A stretch of 64,000 nt of DNA from Octopus bimaculoides. Taxonomy: Eukaryota. The DNA is taken from NCBI RefSeq assembly GCF_001194135.2, contig NC_068990.1, positions 23,720,586 through 23,784,585 on the forward strand, read 5' to 3'. The notes under the pieces were generated by a model. That model saw nothing but the letters and a program-made list of their open reading frames with translations. It had not been told where the DNA came from and searched no databases. The position numbers and the translations under genes were made by a program. Positions 13,071 through 25,533 of the stretch are shown piece after piece. Within the stretch, counting starts at the first letter, position 1; the number at the start of each line of letters is the position of its first letter.

Positions 13071-13529
13071 TGAACCTTTGTAAAATTATGCATTGGAAAA
13101 GGGCTGAGTGTTCTTCGTTTTTGGAAAGACACAGTCAGATGTTGCTGGCACCTTCATTGATTCTCTGAGCTCCAGATTTATGTAACTCCCATAGACTTTG
13201 CGAATGTAATTCCGGAATGTAACTCCTATAAACTCTGCGAAGAGGTTGATGAGTTATTAACTTAACAAAAAACGTAGCAGGATACATAAAAATCATGGAA
13301 GGGCTTCTTGAAAAATTTGGTAAGTTCAGTTACTGTGTAGTGTGAATAATCTTACGTTTCGGTCGCTCATCTTTCGTCTCTTAGTGAAGAAAAGAGAAAA
13401 AGTAATGATACCCTCTTGGCTGTGTCAAGTAAATGATGGCGTTAGAACTTAGCAAACTCTTCTAAGAACCCTTCTTGTTGCCTCGCGCATAATCCATTCT
13501 TTTCACCGGTTCTATGTGTTACACTCCAT

Positions 13530-13966
13530 AAGGCGGTGAGCTGGCAGAAACGTTAGCACGCCGGGCGAAATGCTTAACGTTATTTCGTCTGCCGTTACGT
13601 TCTGAGTTCAAATTCCGCCGAGGTCGACTTTTCCTTTCATCTTTTCGGGGATCGATAAATTAAGTACCAATTATGCACTGGGGTCGATGTAATCGACTTA
13701 ATCCCTTTGTCTGTCCTTGTTTGTCCCCTCAATGTTTAGCCCCTTGTGGGCAATAAAGAAATAAGAAACGTTAGCACGCCGGGTGAAATGCTTAGCGGTA
13801 TTTCGTCTGCCATTACGTTCTGAATTCAAATTCTGCCGAGGTCGGCTTTGCTCTTCATCCTTTCGGAGTCGATAAATTAAGTACCAGTTGCGTACTGAGG
13901 TCGATCTAATCGACTGCCCCCCCCCCACACAATTTCAGGCCTTGTGCCTAGAGTAGAAATTATATA
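13530..13966 (+). mobile_element. Family B SINE (Meta-like domain), dimeric form, 11-bp TSD
   Basis: Box A-like TGGCAGAAACG, box B-like GAGTTCAAATTCC, Meta-like gtcgacttttcctttcatcttttcggggatcgataaattaagtacc; body repeated from 13766; TSD TTACACTCCAT at 13519-13529 and 13967-13977. Confidence 0.88.
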
Positions 13967-14043
13967 TTACACTCCATGCACAATTACATAAATACACGTA
14001 CACATATGTATATGTTTGTGTGAGTGTGTATCTATCAATGTCA

Positions 14044-14250
14044 ATGGCAGAATCGTTAGCGTGCCGAGCAAAATGCTTAGCGGCATTTCATCCGTCTTCA
14101 CGATCTGAGTTCAAATGCCGTCAAGGTCGACTTTGTCTTTCATCTTTTCAGACTCGATAAAATAAGTACCAGTTGAGTAATGAGGTCGATGAAATCGACT
14201 TACCCCTCCCCGAATTTGCTGGCCCTATGCCAAAATATGAAATCAATATG
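14044..14250 (+). mobile_element. Family B SINE
   Basis: tggcagaatcgttagcgtgccgagc..gctggccctatgccaaaatatgaaatc. Confidence 0.8.
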
Positions 14251-14438
14251 ATATCCATTTAAAGCACTCTATCTATCTACCTATCTATCTATCTTTATAT
14301 CTATCTACTTACCTACATACATACATACGTAGTACATACATATATGCATGCATACATACTTACACACATACCCACCTCTCTATGTATGTACGTTCTTCTC
14401 TTGGTCTTTTTAATTTTGAGTAACTTTTGACCAGCAAC

Positions 14439-14493
<55 letters not shown>

Positions 14494-14525
14494 TATACAT
14501 ACATATATATGTACATATGTATCTG

Positions 14526-14560
<35 letters not shown>

Positions 14561-14576
14561 CTCCCTCTCTCTCTCT

Positions 14577-14611
<35 letters not shown>

Positions 14612-15439
14612 TAAATTATAGGGTAGCAAAAAAATTTTAGAAATTTTATTTACCACCAGTGGTCTAGCGAGAGTAAAAAAACAGTCAATAGACTATGTAT
14701 TATTCATTTAAAATGCAGAGATGCCTATAATAGGACATCTACTCGCTAGAAATAGCAGCAAAAGACTACATACCACAAAAATTAGGGATAATTTCGAAAG
14801 GGAATGAAAAATAAAAACAATAGATTGGTAANNNNNNNNNNNNNNNNNNNNNNNNNNNNNNNNNNNNNNNNNNNNNNNNNNNNNNNNNNNNNNNNNNNNN
14901 NNNNNNNNNNNNNNNNNNNNNNNNNNNNNNNNNNNNNNNNNNNNNNNNNNNNNNNNNNNNNNNNNNNNNNNNNNNNNNNNNNNNNNNNNNNNNNNNNNNN
15001 NNNNNNNNNNNNNNNNNNNNNNNNNNNNNNNNNNNNNNNNNNNNNNNNNNNNNNNNNNNNNNNNNNNATATAGATAGATATACATTCATACATATATGCA
15101 AATGACAGTTAAGTAATATGCTTCGCACGTATTTGCGTTGATGTTTCAAGCGCCATGTCATCTCGCACTTTGTAGACTTTTGATCAAAGTCATTCCAGCC
15201 ATGTTGTTTACCCCGCCTTTTCCCCCACCCCAGACTGTGTATGGGCGACTATACTTATATATTTATTCTATACCAAAGCAGTGAATTGGAAGAATTATTC
15301 TCAGACCATCGGATTGCATGCCTTGCTGTATTTCCAACGCCTTTCCACGCCCCGATTTCAGATGAAATTGAAGACAGCTTTGTCTTTCTACCTTTCGCGG
15401 TCAGTAAAGTGTTAGTCCAGTACTGAGATGGATTCGTTG

Positions 15440-15587
15440 TCTCCCTCACCTCTTCTTTCTTTCTTTCACTCTTTCTTTCTTTCTGTCCATCTTTCTTTCT
15501 TTCCATCTTCCTTCTTTCCTTCTTCTTTCTTTCCTTCCATCCATCCATCCATCCATCCATCCTTTCTTCCTTTCTTTCCGTCCGTCC

Positions 15588-15631
<44 letters not shown>

Positions 15632-16011
15632 GTCAGTCCATCTTTCTTTCTTTCTGTCTGTCCATATTTCTTTCTTTCCGTCTGTCCATCTCTCTTTCTT
15701 GACAACCGGTGTCGGTGTATTTACGTCCCCTTAACGTAGCGGTTCAGCAAAACGTACTGATAGAATAAGAACCAGATTTAAAAAAAATAAAATTGAAAAG
15801 AAAAAGTGCAGGGGTCGACTCATTTGACAAAAAAAATAAAAAAATTCTTCAAAGCGGTGCTCGTGCATGGCTGCAGTCTAATAGCTGTAACATGTAAAAG
15901 ATAATAGATGACAGATAAAAGATTAATTAAAAAAATAAAGCTTTAAGTGGTAAAAAGATTTGAAGACAACGCGTATATATTTTCTTTGGCAAACTTTCAG
16001 CTCATGACGAC

Positions 16012-16073
<62 letters not shown>

Positions 16074-16266
16074 TAATAATTAACTGAAGTTTCAACGAAA
16101 GTGGATGAGAGGAATTGCCTGATTTTATCCGGTTAGATTTGTGTGGACTTAAGTAGAAACAAAATAACTTCTTATGTAATTCTCCAGCAGATCAGAAGAA
16201 AACCAATCTGATTTAAAACTCACCCACTTGAAAATAAGATTTTCCTTTTTTAAAATTGGAGCCAAA

Positions 16267-16303
<37 letters not shown>

Positions 16304-16437
16304 CTCTATCTATCTATCCATCTTTCTATCAGTTTGTATGTCTGTCTGTCACTCTCCGCCGTCCTCTGTCTGTCTATCTGTCTACCTATCCATCCCTCCA
16401 CAATCTATCTATCTATGTATGTATGTATGTATGTATG

Positions 16438-16506
<69 letters not shown>

Positions 16507-16520
16507 ATCTATCTCAGTTT
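15440..16520. repeat. Cluster of (TTTC)n/(CATC)n, (AAT)n and (CTAT)n/(TATG)n microsatellites
   Basis: Directly visible. Confidence 0.9.
15698..15905 (+). mobile_element. Family A SINE 3' half
   Basis: cttgacaaccggtgtcggtgtatttacgtcccc..aaagcggtgctcgtgcatggc. Confidence 0.7.
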
Positions 16521-17655
16521 ATCTCTGAATCTATCAGTTTATCCACCTTTGTATATCTAAATATGGCGCGAATATATATTCCTGCAGGAAGTATGCCAAT
16601 GACTCTATATGCATAAAAGTGTGTATATGAATACATGTGTGTATGCTTGCGTGCGCATGAGTGTGCTTCTATATGTCTTCGCATGTAAGCACGTCTTTAT
16701 GTCTTTATACTATCACTGTGAATATCATACAATCGGATGTAAGGTCGCGGTGAAATGATTCCTCAAACTCGATTTTTAGGATTATCCCAGGATATAGCTT
16801 TTTCTACAGCGAGTGCTTCAGATGATCATGTCGATACGGTACCAGTTACTAATGCAGCATTATGACCAAAGTCAATCCACTTGGCCCTCAAATAGCCACA
16901 CTAACTTTAGGAATGCACCAAGGATAAATGCAATCATCCCTTACAAGCAGTGGTGGCATAGTAAAATTGAAGAGTATCCCTTTAGCTTGTAGAGCTGAGT
17001 TCAGCTCCTTATGCTAGAAAAGCCAGTGTTTAATCCAGTGAGACCCTACCCTTTTCAGAAACAACGTTGGCCGTTAGACATGCGGGTTTTCGATGTTTTA
17101 TTTGTTTTGTCTTTCATCCCTGATCGAAAAGTTTTATTCAAGCCTCGATTACCCTGTCTTTTATTCAGGTGCAGTGTATCTAGGACTACAATACTTAATG
17201 TGATCTTTAAAAAAAAATTTGATGGCGTGGATAGAGGAAGATTTGATGTGATTTGAAGAAGATCATATAACTGCGACGAAGCTTGTGATTGAAAGAGGTT
17301 AACTATGGTTATAATATAAAATCAGATGTAATGCATATCACCATATCGATTCTGGGTGATTGGTTGAGGTCAGTGGAGCTAATAAACCACGTTGACCTAT
17401 GATTTTGGAAAGTCAAGTAAATGAGATTATTTTTGTGACATTCACGTGAGGACAAATGCATCTTTATCCGTGCAGAAAACATGTTCTAAATTCAGAGTGT
17501 CTGTTTGCTTAACCCTTTGCCTACCCGAGACATTTTCCTAAGTTTTCCCTAAGCGCCCTTGCTTATTTTCGGGATTTTAGTTATCCCGTGTTTCTTACGT
17601 TCTGAGTAATACAAAGCTTTACTTTCATAAATCCTGAGTTACTCTATTGCTTGGT

Positions 17656-18036
17656 GGAGGCGCAAAGGCCCAGTGGTTAGGGCAGCGGACTCGCAGTCAT
17701 AGGATCGCGGTTTCGATTCCCAGACCGGGCGTTGTGAGTGTTTATTGAGCGAAAACACCTAAAGCTCCACGAGGCTCCGGCAGGGGATGGTGACGAACCC
17801 TGCTGTACTCTTCCACCACAACTTTCTCTCATTCTTTCTTCCTGTTTCTGTTGTACCTGTATTTCAAAGGGCCAGCCTTGTCACACTGTGTCACGCTGAA
17901 TATCTCCGAGAACTACGTTAAGCGTACACGTGTCTGTGGATTTCTCAGCCACTTGCACGTCAATTTCACGAGCAGGCTGTTCCGTTGATCGGATCGACTG
18001 GAACCCTCGACGTCGTAAGCGACGGAGTGCCAACAA
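17656..18036 (+). mobile_element. Family C tRNA-headed SINE, full length
   Basis: tRNA-like head ggcccagtggttagggcagcggactcgc..ggtttcgattccc; tail ..gtaagcgacggagtgccaac. Confidence 0.85.
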
Positions 18037-18552
18037 GACTTTGTTGCTTGAAGCAATACCCGAATGTCAGGGAGACATGTCATGTGTGCCACATGCGATA
18101 CACGGGATAGGTAAAGGTTTAAAAAAAAACAAAAAAAAACAAACAAAACAAAACAAATGCAACGTAGATAAATTTCAAAGAGAGAATCAGGATTTAATAT
18201 ACTATTTTTTTCTGCCTTTTAAACGGTAAATATTTAGTTTCATGTGAATGGAANNNNNNNNNNNNNNNNNNNNNNNNNNNNNNNNNNNNNNNNNNNNNNN
18301 NNNNNNNNNNNNNNNNNNNNNNNNNNNNNNNNNNNNNNNNNNNNNNNNNNNNNNNNNNNNNNNNNNNNNNNNNNNNNNNNNNNNNNNNNNNNNNNNNNNN
18401 NNNNNNNNNNNNNNNNNNNNNNNNNNNNNNNNNNNNNNNNNNNNNNNNNNNNNNNNNNNNNNNNNNNNNNNNNNNNNNNNNNNNNNNNNNNNNNNNNNNN
18501 NNNNNNNNNNNNNNNNNNNNNNNNNNNNNNNNNNNNNNNNNNNNNNNNNNNN

Positions 18553-18598
<46 letters not shown>

Positions 18599-18805
18599 GC
18601 GCACACATCACACTCGATTTATACAATACTATCTATAATACAGTTATTTAGCTTTTACTAAAATCAAATAAAAATGATTGAATAATGCTAAATTTACGAC
18701 AGCTATCAGAAGACGTCAGAAATAAATTACATTACATTTGCTTATTATGAAAAAAAAACTTATACATACATGTACACATGTATGTATATATGCATGTATG
18801 TAAGT

Positions 18806-19424
18806 ACTATCTGAACTGCCCGGTAATACCCGGAAAATCGGGGTTTTTTTTCCAGTTCCGTTCCCTTACACTGTTTCATGTCCCATCCCGTTCCCTGTTC
18901 AGTTCCCGTTTTCGTTCCGCTCCCATTCCTATCCCCAATCCTATGTCAATATATAAATTTTAGAATAAGTTAGGTGTAATTAAGCTATTAAATATTTTAT
19001 TAAGCTTTAATGGTAATAGTTAATTGCTAAAAATAGGTATTACACGCTACTAATTCGATTAGTGGGTGAATAAAGGTGCCACGCAGTGGGACTGAACCCG
19101 GAATCATGGAAGTGAAACAACTCTCTGTGGCTAATACTCTACAAGATAGGACGGAGTTGAAGTAAGCCGGGGCGAAAGTCAAAAATGGTTCAAAAGCTTT
19201 GAAATAAAACCTGAAACAGGTCTGATTTTCAAATGAAAGAAAGACAAATGAAATATGTACCAAATACGATACATAACCAGAATTGAAATGAGATCAATGC
19301 AAACCCTCCGGGTATAATTATGAAAAAATGAAATGAAAATGTCTGATAAATATCTCTGCACAAATACACTGTTACATAGTTAACAACTAATAACACCAAC
19401 AACTTATTACTCGATGTTATATAG
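18806..19424. mobile_element. Possible Helitron/Helentron-type non-autonomous element
   Basis: 5' actatctgaactgcccggtaatacccgg short inverted motif, internal ttccc-rich degenerate repeat and a ..ttatatag|tt end resemble DINE/HINE-like elements; no coding evidence. Confidence 0.35.
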
Positions 19425-19435
19425 TTGTTATATGA

Positions 19436-19670
19436 GGGGGCATGGCCTAGTGGTTAGGGTTTGACATTCACGATCGCGAGATCGTGGTTTTAATTCCTGA
19501 GCAAAACACTTCATCTCAAGTTGATCTGCAGTCACTTCAACACTTGACGTGTGGTACACCGTGCACCTGTTCAGGCAACATCGATTTGATGAAATGAATG
19601 ACCTAAAGTACACCCTAAGCATTTGATCACTATAAATAAATCATTTATGTAGGTTGTTCAGCAAGAGATT
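19436..19670 (+). mobile_element. tRNA-headed SINE with another 3' region
   Basis: ggcatggcctagtggttaggg head, truncated CORE-like segment, unrelated tail. Confidence 0.55.
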
Positions 19671-19759
19671 ACAAAACCGTCTTTCTTGGACTACGAGAGA
19701 TTACCACCATAACACAACCCACGCTCGCTTTATATATACACTCAAAATAACACAACTGA

Positions 19760-20110
19760 AATTACAAATACTCTACTCATGCCTTATACTCAACATGGAA
19801 CTCTAAAACACATATATAAAACACAATGAACACCAAACAAAATAACACAAGCAACACAGCACATACTCTACCCAATCGCCGACCATTAATAAAACACTTA
19901 ACCACAATCACACAGTATATTAAGCATAAATATTACAGTATAAAATAATACAGCTGGAATTACACATACTGTACACCACAGACAAAACATTAAAAGAACA
20001 TCAGAAACAACAAACGAAACCTCGCAGCAAAACAAATCTCATGTAGTACACGAACATAATACTACATCCTCAAAAGACAATATTAAACACTTTTCAAGAG
20101 CACAGAGGTA
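19760..20110 (+). mobile_element. Possible old LINE ORF2 remnant (A/C-rich, G-poor)
   Basis: Extreme A/C strand skew; YSTWNSKTHI..NT(A)H..LP segment resembles a post-RT region; stops and indels present. Confidence 0.3.
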
Positions 20111-20242
20111 CACGTGGTAATGCAATAGTAACTCGCATAAAATTAAACAGTGGCTCACACGGTCTCTGAAATGCCCTGACGCAATACCAAGTAGTGGCTC
20201 GCATGGCTTCTGATCTTAAATAATAGGAAGTATTAGCATGTA

Positions 20243-20417
20243 TGAGAGAGTGCTGAAAAGTTCATGGCTTTGGTTAAAAGAAAATTTATTCAACACATTC
20301 CCCCTTCAGATTTACACGCTTATTGCAGCGGTCCTTCAGCTTTTCCGAAACCCTGTAAAAGAACTCGGAAAGTTGGTATCCACCCAGGCCATTCGAGATA
20401 CCCTTAAAGCCAAGAAT
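20243..20417. mobile_element. Second copy of the mariner-type MITE, opposite orientation, one TIR truncated
   Basis: gtgctgaaaagttcatggcttt end and internal cctgtaaaagaactcggaaagttgg are the reverse complement of the 6614-6831 copy. Confidence 0.7.
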
Positions 20418-20865
20418 GCTTCAACAAAACCGTGTACATGTTTTTTCTTGGTATAAAAGATGGGCTACAACATATTCTGCTCAAAACCACAGGTTTGCTT
20501 GTCAGTTGCTTGATCTTAACAGGTTGAGCATGTGCCTTGGTGGCTGACGATATATGGCTCTCTGATCACGAGCAAAAGTAGTGGGGGATCATTATAGCCT
20601 TATGTTTTGGAGTTAGAATAACTCACCTCTGGAAAGATGGGTGATTCTTTCATCATCCTTAAACAACCCTTATTAAGGGGGATGGGCTATGCAGTCTGAA
20701 GAAAAATTCTAACTGCCCCCACCACCACCTGTAAGGTCATGCTCCGTTTATCTTGATATGAGGTCACCATCTTGCGCGTATATGGTTGTGATATTTGTAC
20801 CCCAGCTCCACTTTGATGGCAAGCGCTGCTCTCGTTGCCCTCTCACTCAATAATGATAATACTCA

Positions 20866-20918
<53 letters not shown>

Positions 20919-20959
20919 ATAATAATAATAATAACAACAAAAGCATTGGTTGTCCAGCA

Positions 20960-21196
20960 ATGTTCGGGGGACAAACACAGACATAGAAACACACACACAC
21001 ACACACACATTTATATATTTATATATATACATATATACGACAAGCTTCTTTCAGTTTCCGTCTACCAAATCCACTCACAAGGCTTTGGTCGGCTCGAGGC
21101 TATAGCAGAAGACACTTGCCCAAGGTGCCACGCAGAGGGACTGAACCCGGGACCATGTGGTTGGTAAGCAAGCTACTTACCACGCAGCCACTCCTA
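20960..21196 (-). mobile_element. Family A SINE 5' half
   Basis: Reverse complement of the family A head, CORE-like domain and microsatellite. Confidence 0.8.
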
Positions 21197-21202
21197 ATAA
21201 TA

Positions 21203-21270
<68 letters not shown>

Positions 21271-21282
21271 TTCAGTTTACTT

Positions 21283-21486
21283 TAGGCACAAGGCCCGAAA
21301 TTTAGCGGGAGGGGACTAGTCAATTACATCGATCCCAGTGTTTCCCTAGTACTTAATTTATCGACTCCGAAAGAATGAAAGGAAAAATCGACCTCAGCAG
21401 AATTTGATCTCAGAACGTATAGACGGGCAAAATACCTCTAAGGACTTTGTCCAGCGGGCCAAAAACTCTGTTAGCTCGCCGCCTTA
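21283..21486 (-). mobile_element. Family B SINE
   Basis: Reverse-complement match ending ctcgccgccttaa. Confidence 0.75.
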
Positions 21487-21974
21487 ATAAGGAAAATAAT
21501 AATAAAGGAAATGGAGAAACTACATAAATATATAAAGATCTGAAACAGAGAGAGAGTCTAAATTCGAATAAATGATGTGAGAAACTATAATAGATAACTT
21601 TAATGTGGTGATTAAAAACTATCTTCTTTGTAATAATAGGTACTTTGGGAATTATAAACGTTTTGCAAACAGATATATAAAAAAAAAAAAAATACATACA
21701 CAAGGCAGAGAATAAAAATAGAAATAACACTACGAGACATTACACACTTATTAAATGATATATAAAAAAGACGGAATGGTAATTGCTGGAACGCGTTTTC
21801 TGATAAAAGTAATTTTCGTGAAGCTGTCATTTCGGTCGAACTTTGTAGATAGGTAGATTGGACCAGTGTTGAACAATAAAGGGATGCTCATGGTTGATCA
21901 AGTACTAAACAACAACAACAAGCAGAAGATGTTATTGTTGCTGCTGTTACCACCACCATCACCCATGATAATGA

Positions 21975-22110
21975 GAACCCAGGTTCGAAATTTCCCCAAG
22001 ACACCTGATGAAAGCTGGAGGGTAAAACAACCGAAACGTTGTGTTAATAACAAACGAGATGAGGACAAATATCCGTCAAAAGTAAATAATGTAAATAATG
22101 AAGTATTGTT
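21975..22110 (+). mobile_element. Penelope-like element end with minimal hammerhead-like motif
   Basis: GACAC-CTGATGA-stem II-GAAACGTT-GTGTT at 22000-22045 and an aataatgtaaataatg tail. Confidence 0.55.
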
Positions 22111-22124
22111 GTAGTTAATGCGTG

Positions 22125-22424
22125 AAGGCACCTGGCTAAGTGGTTAGAGTATTCGGGTCCAAATCGTAAGGTCATGGGTTCGATCCCCGGCGGCGCGTTG
22201 TATCCTTGAGCAAGAAACCTTATTTCACTCAGCTTGCAAAATTGAGTGATACATTTATTTCAACTGGCCAACATTCTGCGTCACGCTTAATCTCCCTGAA
22301 AACTACGTTAAGGGTACATGTGTCTGTGGAGTGCTCAGCCACTTGCATGTTAATTCCACGAGCAGGCTGTTCCGTTGATCGGATCAACTGGAACCCGTGT
22401 CTTCGTAACCGACAGAGTGCCAGG
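22125..22424 (+). mobile_element. CORE-like head (family D) joined to the family C tail
   Basis: tccttgagcaagaaaccttatttcac, then aactacgttaagggtacatgtgtctgtggagtgctcagccac..cagagtgcc. Confidence 0.75.
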
Positions 22425-23508
22425 TTCTAGTTAATGCGTGGTAGAATTGTACAATGTCGAATTGTTGGTTGCTGATAATAACGAAATGTTGAACGACAGA
22501 TGAGGTTTTATTCCGTACAAGAAAGGTGGTTGCTTTTTTTCGTACTGACGAAATTTTTTTCTCCAAACTTTTGCCTACTCTACGGACTTTAGCTTTTGCA
22601 AAATTAAATAACCTGTATTTAATCTTCAATTGCCTTGTGAGGTCTGCAGAATGTAGGCTTTCAAGTCTATCATATGTATCTAAATCTGATATACGTAGAA
22701 TGCATCATTAGTTCGATATATATAGAAGCCAAAACTTCTATGTATATCGAATGAACGGAGTAATGTTTTTATTCTACGTATTTGGCATGTTGCTGCAGAG
22801 AAGTCTTTTATATGTGTATGTGATTGTCTAATACCAGTTTTCTGTTTTGTCTGTAAATCCGACTATGTTCTTGGAGTCTTTGAAATGCTTGATGTTGTGC
22901 TTCAAAAGTCTGTTAGAATTCTTCAAAGACTTAATTTTAAAAAAGATATGAAAATATGTGAGCTAAAAAAAAAAAAAAATTATGCGTAAATGACTTTATA
23001 ACGACGTATGCTTTATTTTACAGATTTGAGTGGTGCGCATGCGTGTTTTGTTGTTTGTATTCGTATTTAATTGTACATCCGTTCACAGGCATGCACACAG
23101 TATGATTAAAAATGTGTATATAAGTCACTATAAAAATGACTGTTCTCCGAATTTAGCTTTTCTATGAGTGTGCTTTTATATATGCCGACACTTATATATC
23201 AATGCATGTATAACTATGTAGATATATACTATTTAGTGTGTGAATATTTGCAGACGTAATTCTAAGTAGTAGTTTATGTATGTATGTGTGTGTATACACA
23301 CACACACACACAAACACACATATACATGTAGATGTATCTACCTGTACTTATGCGGAAAACCCTTTACAATAGTTGTTCCATAAAGACGGTAACATATAAA
23401 CCAGTTTATATAAAAAGAAAAATCTCAACTCGCATTGCAGACATATAATACTATATGTCCATGAGTATATGCAAAGGTCAGTTTTTTTATAGAGCTTTCT
23501 ATACACTT

Positions 23509-23541
<33 letters not shown>

Positions 23542-23543
23542 TA

Positions 23544-23607
<64 letters not shown>

Positions 23608-24271
23608 CATAATACATATATGTATCTATATGTGTATGTGTATGTGCCGGTGTGGACAGCCATGCACATGTAAATTATGGTAGTTTATGCATGTATGCTT
23701 GAATACCTGTGGCTAACATGTGTCTATGCAGAGATTGTTTGCTATTTCTATGCATGTGTAAGCATGAATTAGATTCGTCAGAAGGTAACAAAAACAAAAA
23801 AACAGAATAAAGAAGAAAATCTAGAAAGGAAACACTACTAAGGTAACAATAAAATATATGGAAATGCATGATTTTCTAACTATGCCTTCAAAGAAATATT
23901 GGCAGATTAAAGAAGTCAAACACAATGAGGAAATGATAAAGAAATTTGGCAACGTAAAAAAAAAAAAAAATGTTTTAAATAGACCTGTTTGTGTTTAGAA
24001 ACAGTTGAACATGGTGCTGCAGAGTGGCAGACGACAACAGACAATAATGGCTGCTCCATAACATAACGTAAAAGAATTCTTGAATTGATTTTAATAGGTA
24101 GTTAAATGCATGAATAAAAAGGTAAGGAAAATAGGACAAAAAAAGGAAGAGAAATTCGTTGGAAATTCAGACTGAAATAAAAGTAAAAATCGCAGAAGTA
24201 TGACAATTTATTATTCACAAAATAAATAAATATACGGTGACACAAAATCAAAAGCAGAAAAGAAAGCACAC

Positions 24272-24341
<70 letters not shown>

Positions 24342-24523
24342 TAGAAAGATAGATATGCATTTAGGCTGTGACTGATAAACGGATAATATTTAGCGTCCAT
24401 GATGTTTGAATGGACATTCTCTGTAATGCCTGAAGGAGAGCTGGGCATTATGCTATATAAATGCGTTGTTATAACAATAAATTCCAAGCAGGAATATAAA
24501 CATTGTGATTATTACCGCCACCA

Positions 24524-24554
<31 letters not shown>

Positions 24555-24860
24555 TACCATCTGCACGAGCCTTGTTGTTGTCGTCTTTGTTGGTTACTAT
24601 CATCGTCTTTGGCACTGTTGCCCTCATCATCATCATCATCTTCGTAGTTTGAAATCCCCCACCCTTTACTTCGAGTGTCCCTCATCCTCTGCATTGAGCA
24701 GAGGCATTAGCGTCAAAAACATCAAATAACTTCGGTATGGACATTGGCAACAATAGTCACAGTCTTCGCTGCTCTGTTAACACAATCGACGCAAACCACA
24801 ACGGAACAGAAGAACGACGACGACGACGGAAACAAGAAAAAAAAAAACAAAAAAACATCA

Positions 24861-25260
24861 GGCGCAGGAGTGGCTGTGTGGTAAGTAGCTTACTTGCCAG
24901 CCACATGGTTCCGGGTTCAGTCCCACTGCGTGGCATCTTGGGCAAGTGTCTTCTACTATAGCCTCGGGCCGATCAAAGCCTTGTGAGTGGATTTGGTAGA
25001 CGGAAACTGAAAGAAGCCCGTCGTATATATGTATATGTAATATGTTTGTGTGTGTGTGTGTTTGTGTGTGTGTGTTTGTCCTCCTAGCATTGCTTGACAA
25101 CCGATGCTGGTGTGTTTACGTCCCTGTAACGTAGCGGTTCGACAAAAAGAGACCGATAGAATAAGTTCCAGGCTTACAAAGAATAAGTCCCGGGGTCGAT
25201 TTGCTCGACTAAAGGCGGTGCTCCAGCATAGCCGCAGTCAAATGACTGAAACAAGTAAAA
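24861..25260 (+). mobile_element. Family A SINE (tRNA head, CORE-like domain, internal TA/TG microsatellite, LINE-like tail); best-preserved copy
   Basis: A-box-like TGGCTGTGTGG, B-box-like GGTTCAGTCCC, CORE-like cttgggcaagtgtcttctac, tail aaggcggtgctccagcatagccgcagtcaaatgactgaaacaagtaaaa; more than 10 homologous copies in the window. Confidence 0.88.
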
Positions 25261-25302
25261 AAAAAAAAACCCAGCAGGAACAACAACAACTACAAGTGAA
25301 GC

Positions 25303-25340
<38 letters not shown>

Positions 25341-25414
25341 CGACGACGACGATGACGATGACAGCAATAATAACTACAGCAACAACAACATATTGCAACT
25401 ATAAAGTTGTGATC

Positions 25415-25533
25415 TGGCTGAATCGTTAGCACGCCGGGCAAAATGCTAAACGGCATTTCGTCCGTCTGTACGTTCTGAGTTCAAATTTCACCGAGGTCGA
25501 CTTTGTCTTTCATTCATCCTTTCAGCGTCGATA
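25415..25533 (+). mobile_element. Family B SINE running into a gap
   Basis: Head and Meta-like domain visible before the Ns. Confidence 0.75.

Noticed and set aside
13130-13265. Open frame DVAGTFIDSLSSRFYVTPIDF..
   Set aside because: Contains a local atgtaa(c/t)tcc triplication, lacks a good acceptor or donor, and ends in a stop.
13345-13395. Possible third hammerhead on minus (..CGACCGAAACGTA..)
   Set aside because: CUGANGA core and stem I are not recoverable.
17656-17730. tRNA genes at SINE heads
   Set aside because: A/B boxes are present but each continues into a SINE body; no complete cloverleaf with acceptor stem.
22829-22962. Minus-strand open frame after a poly-T acceptor
   Set aside because: Weak donor (GTATTA), low-complexity Lys/Asn-rich peptide, and no partner exon.
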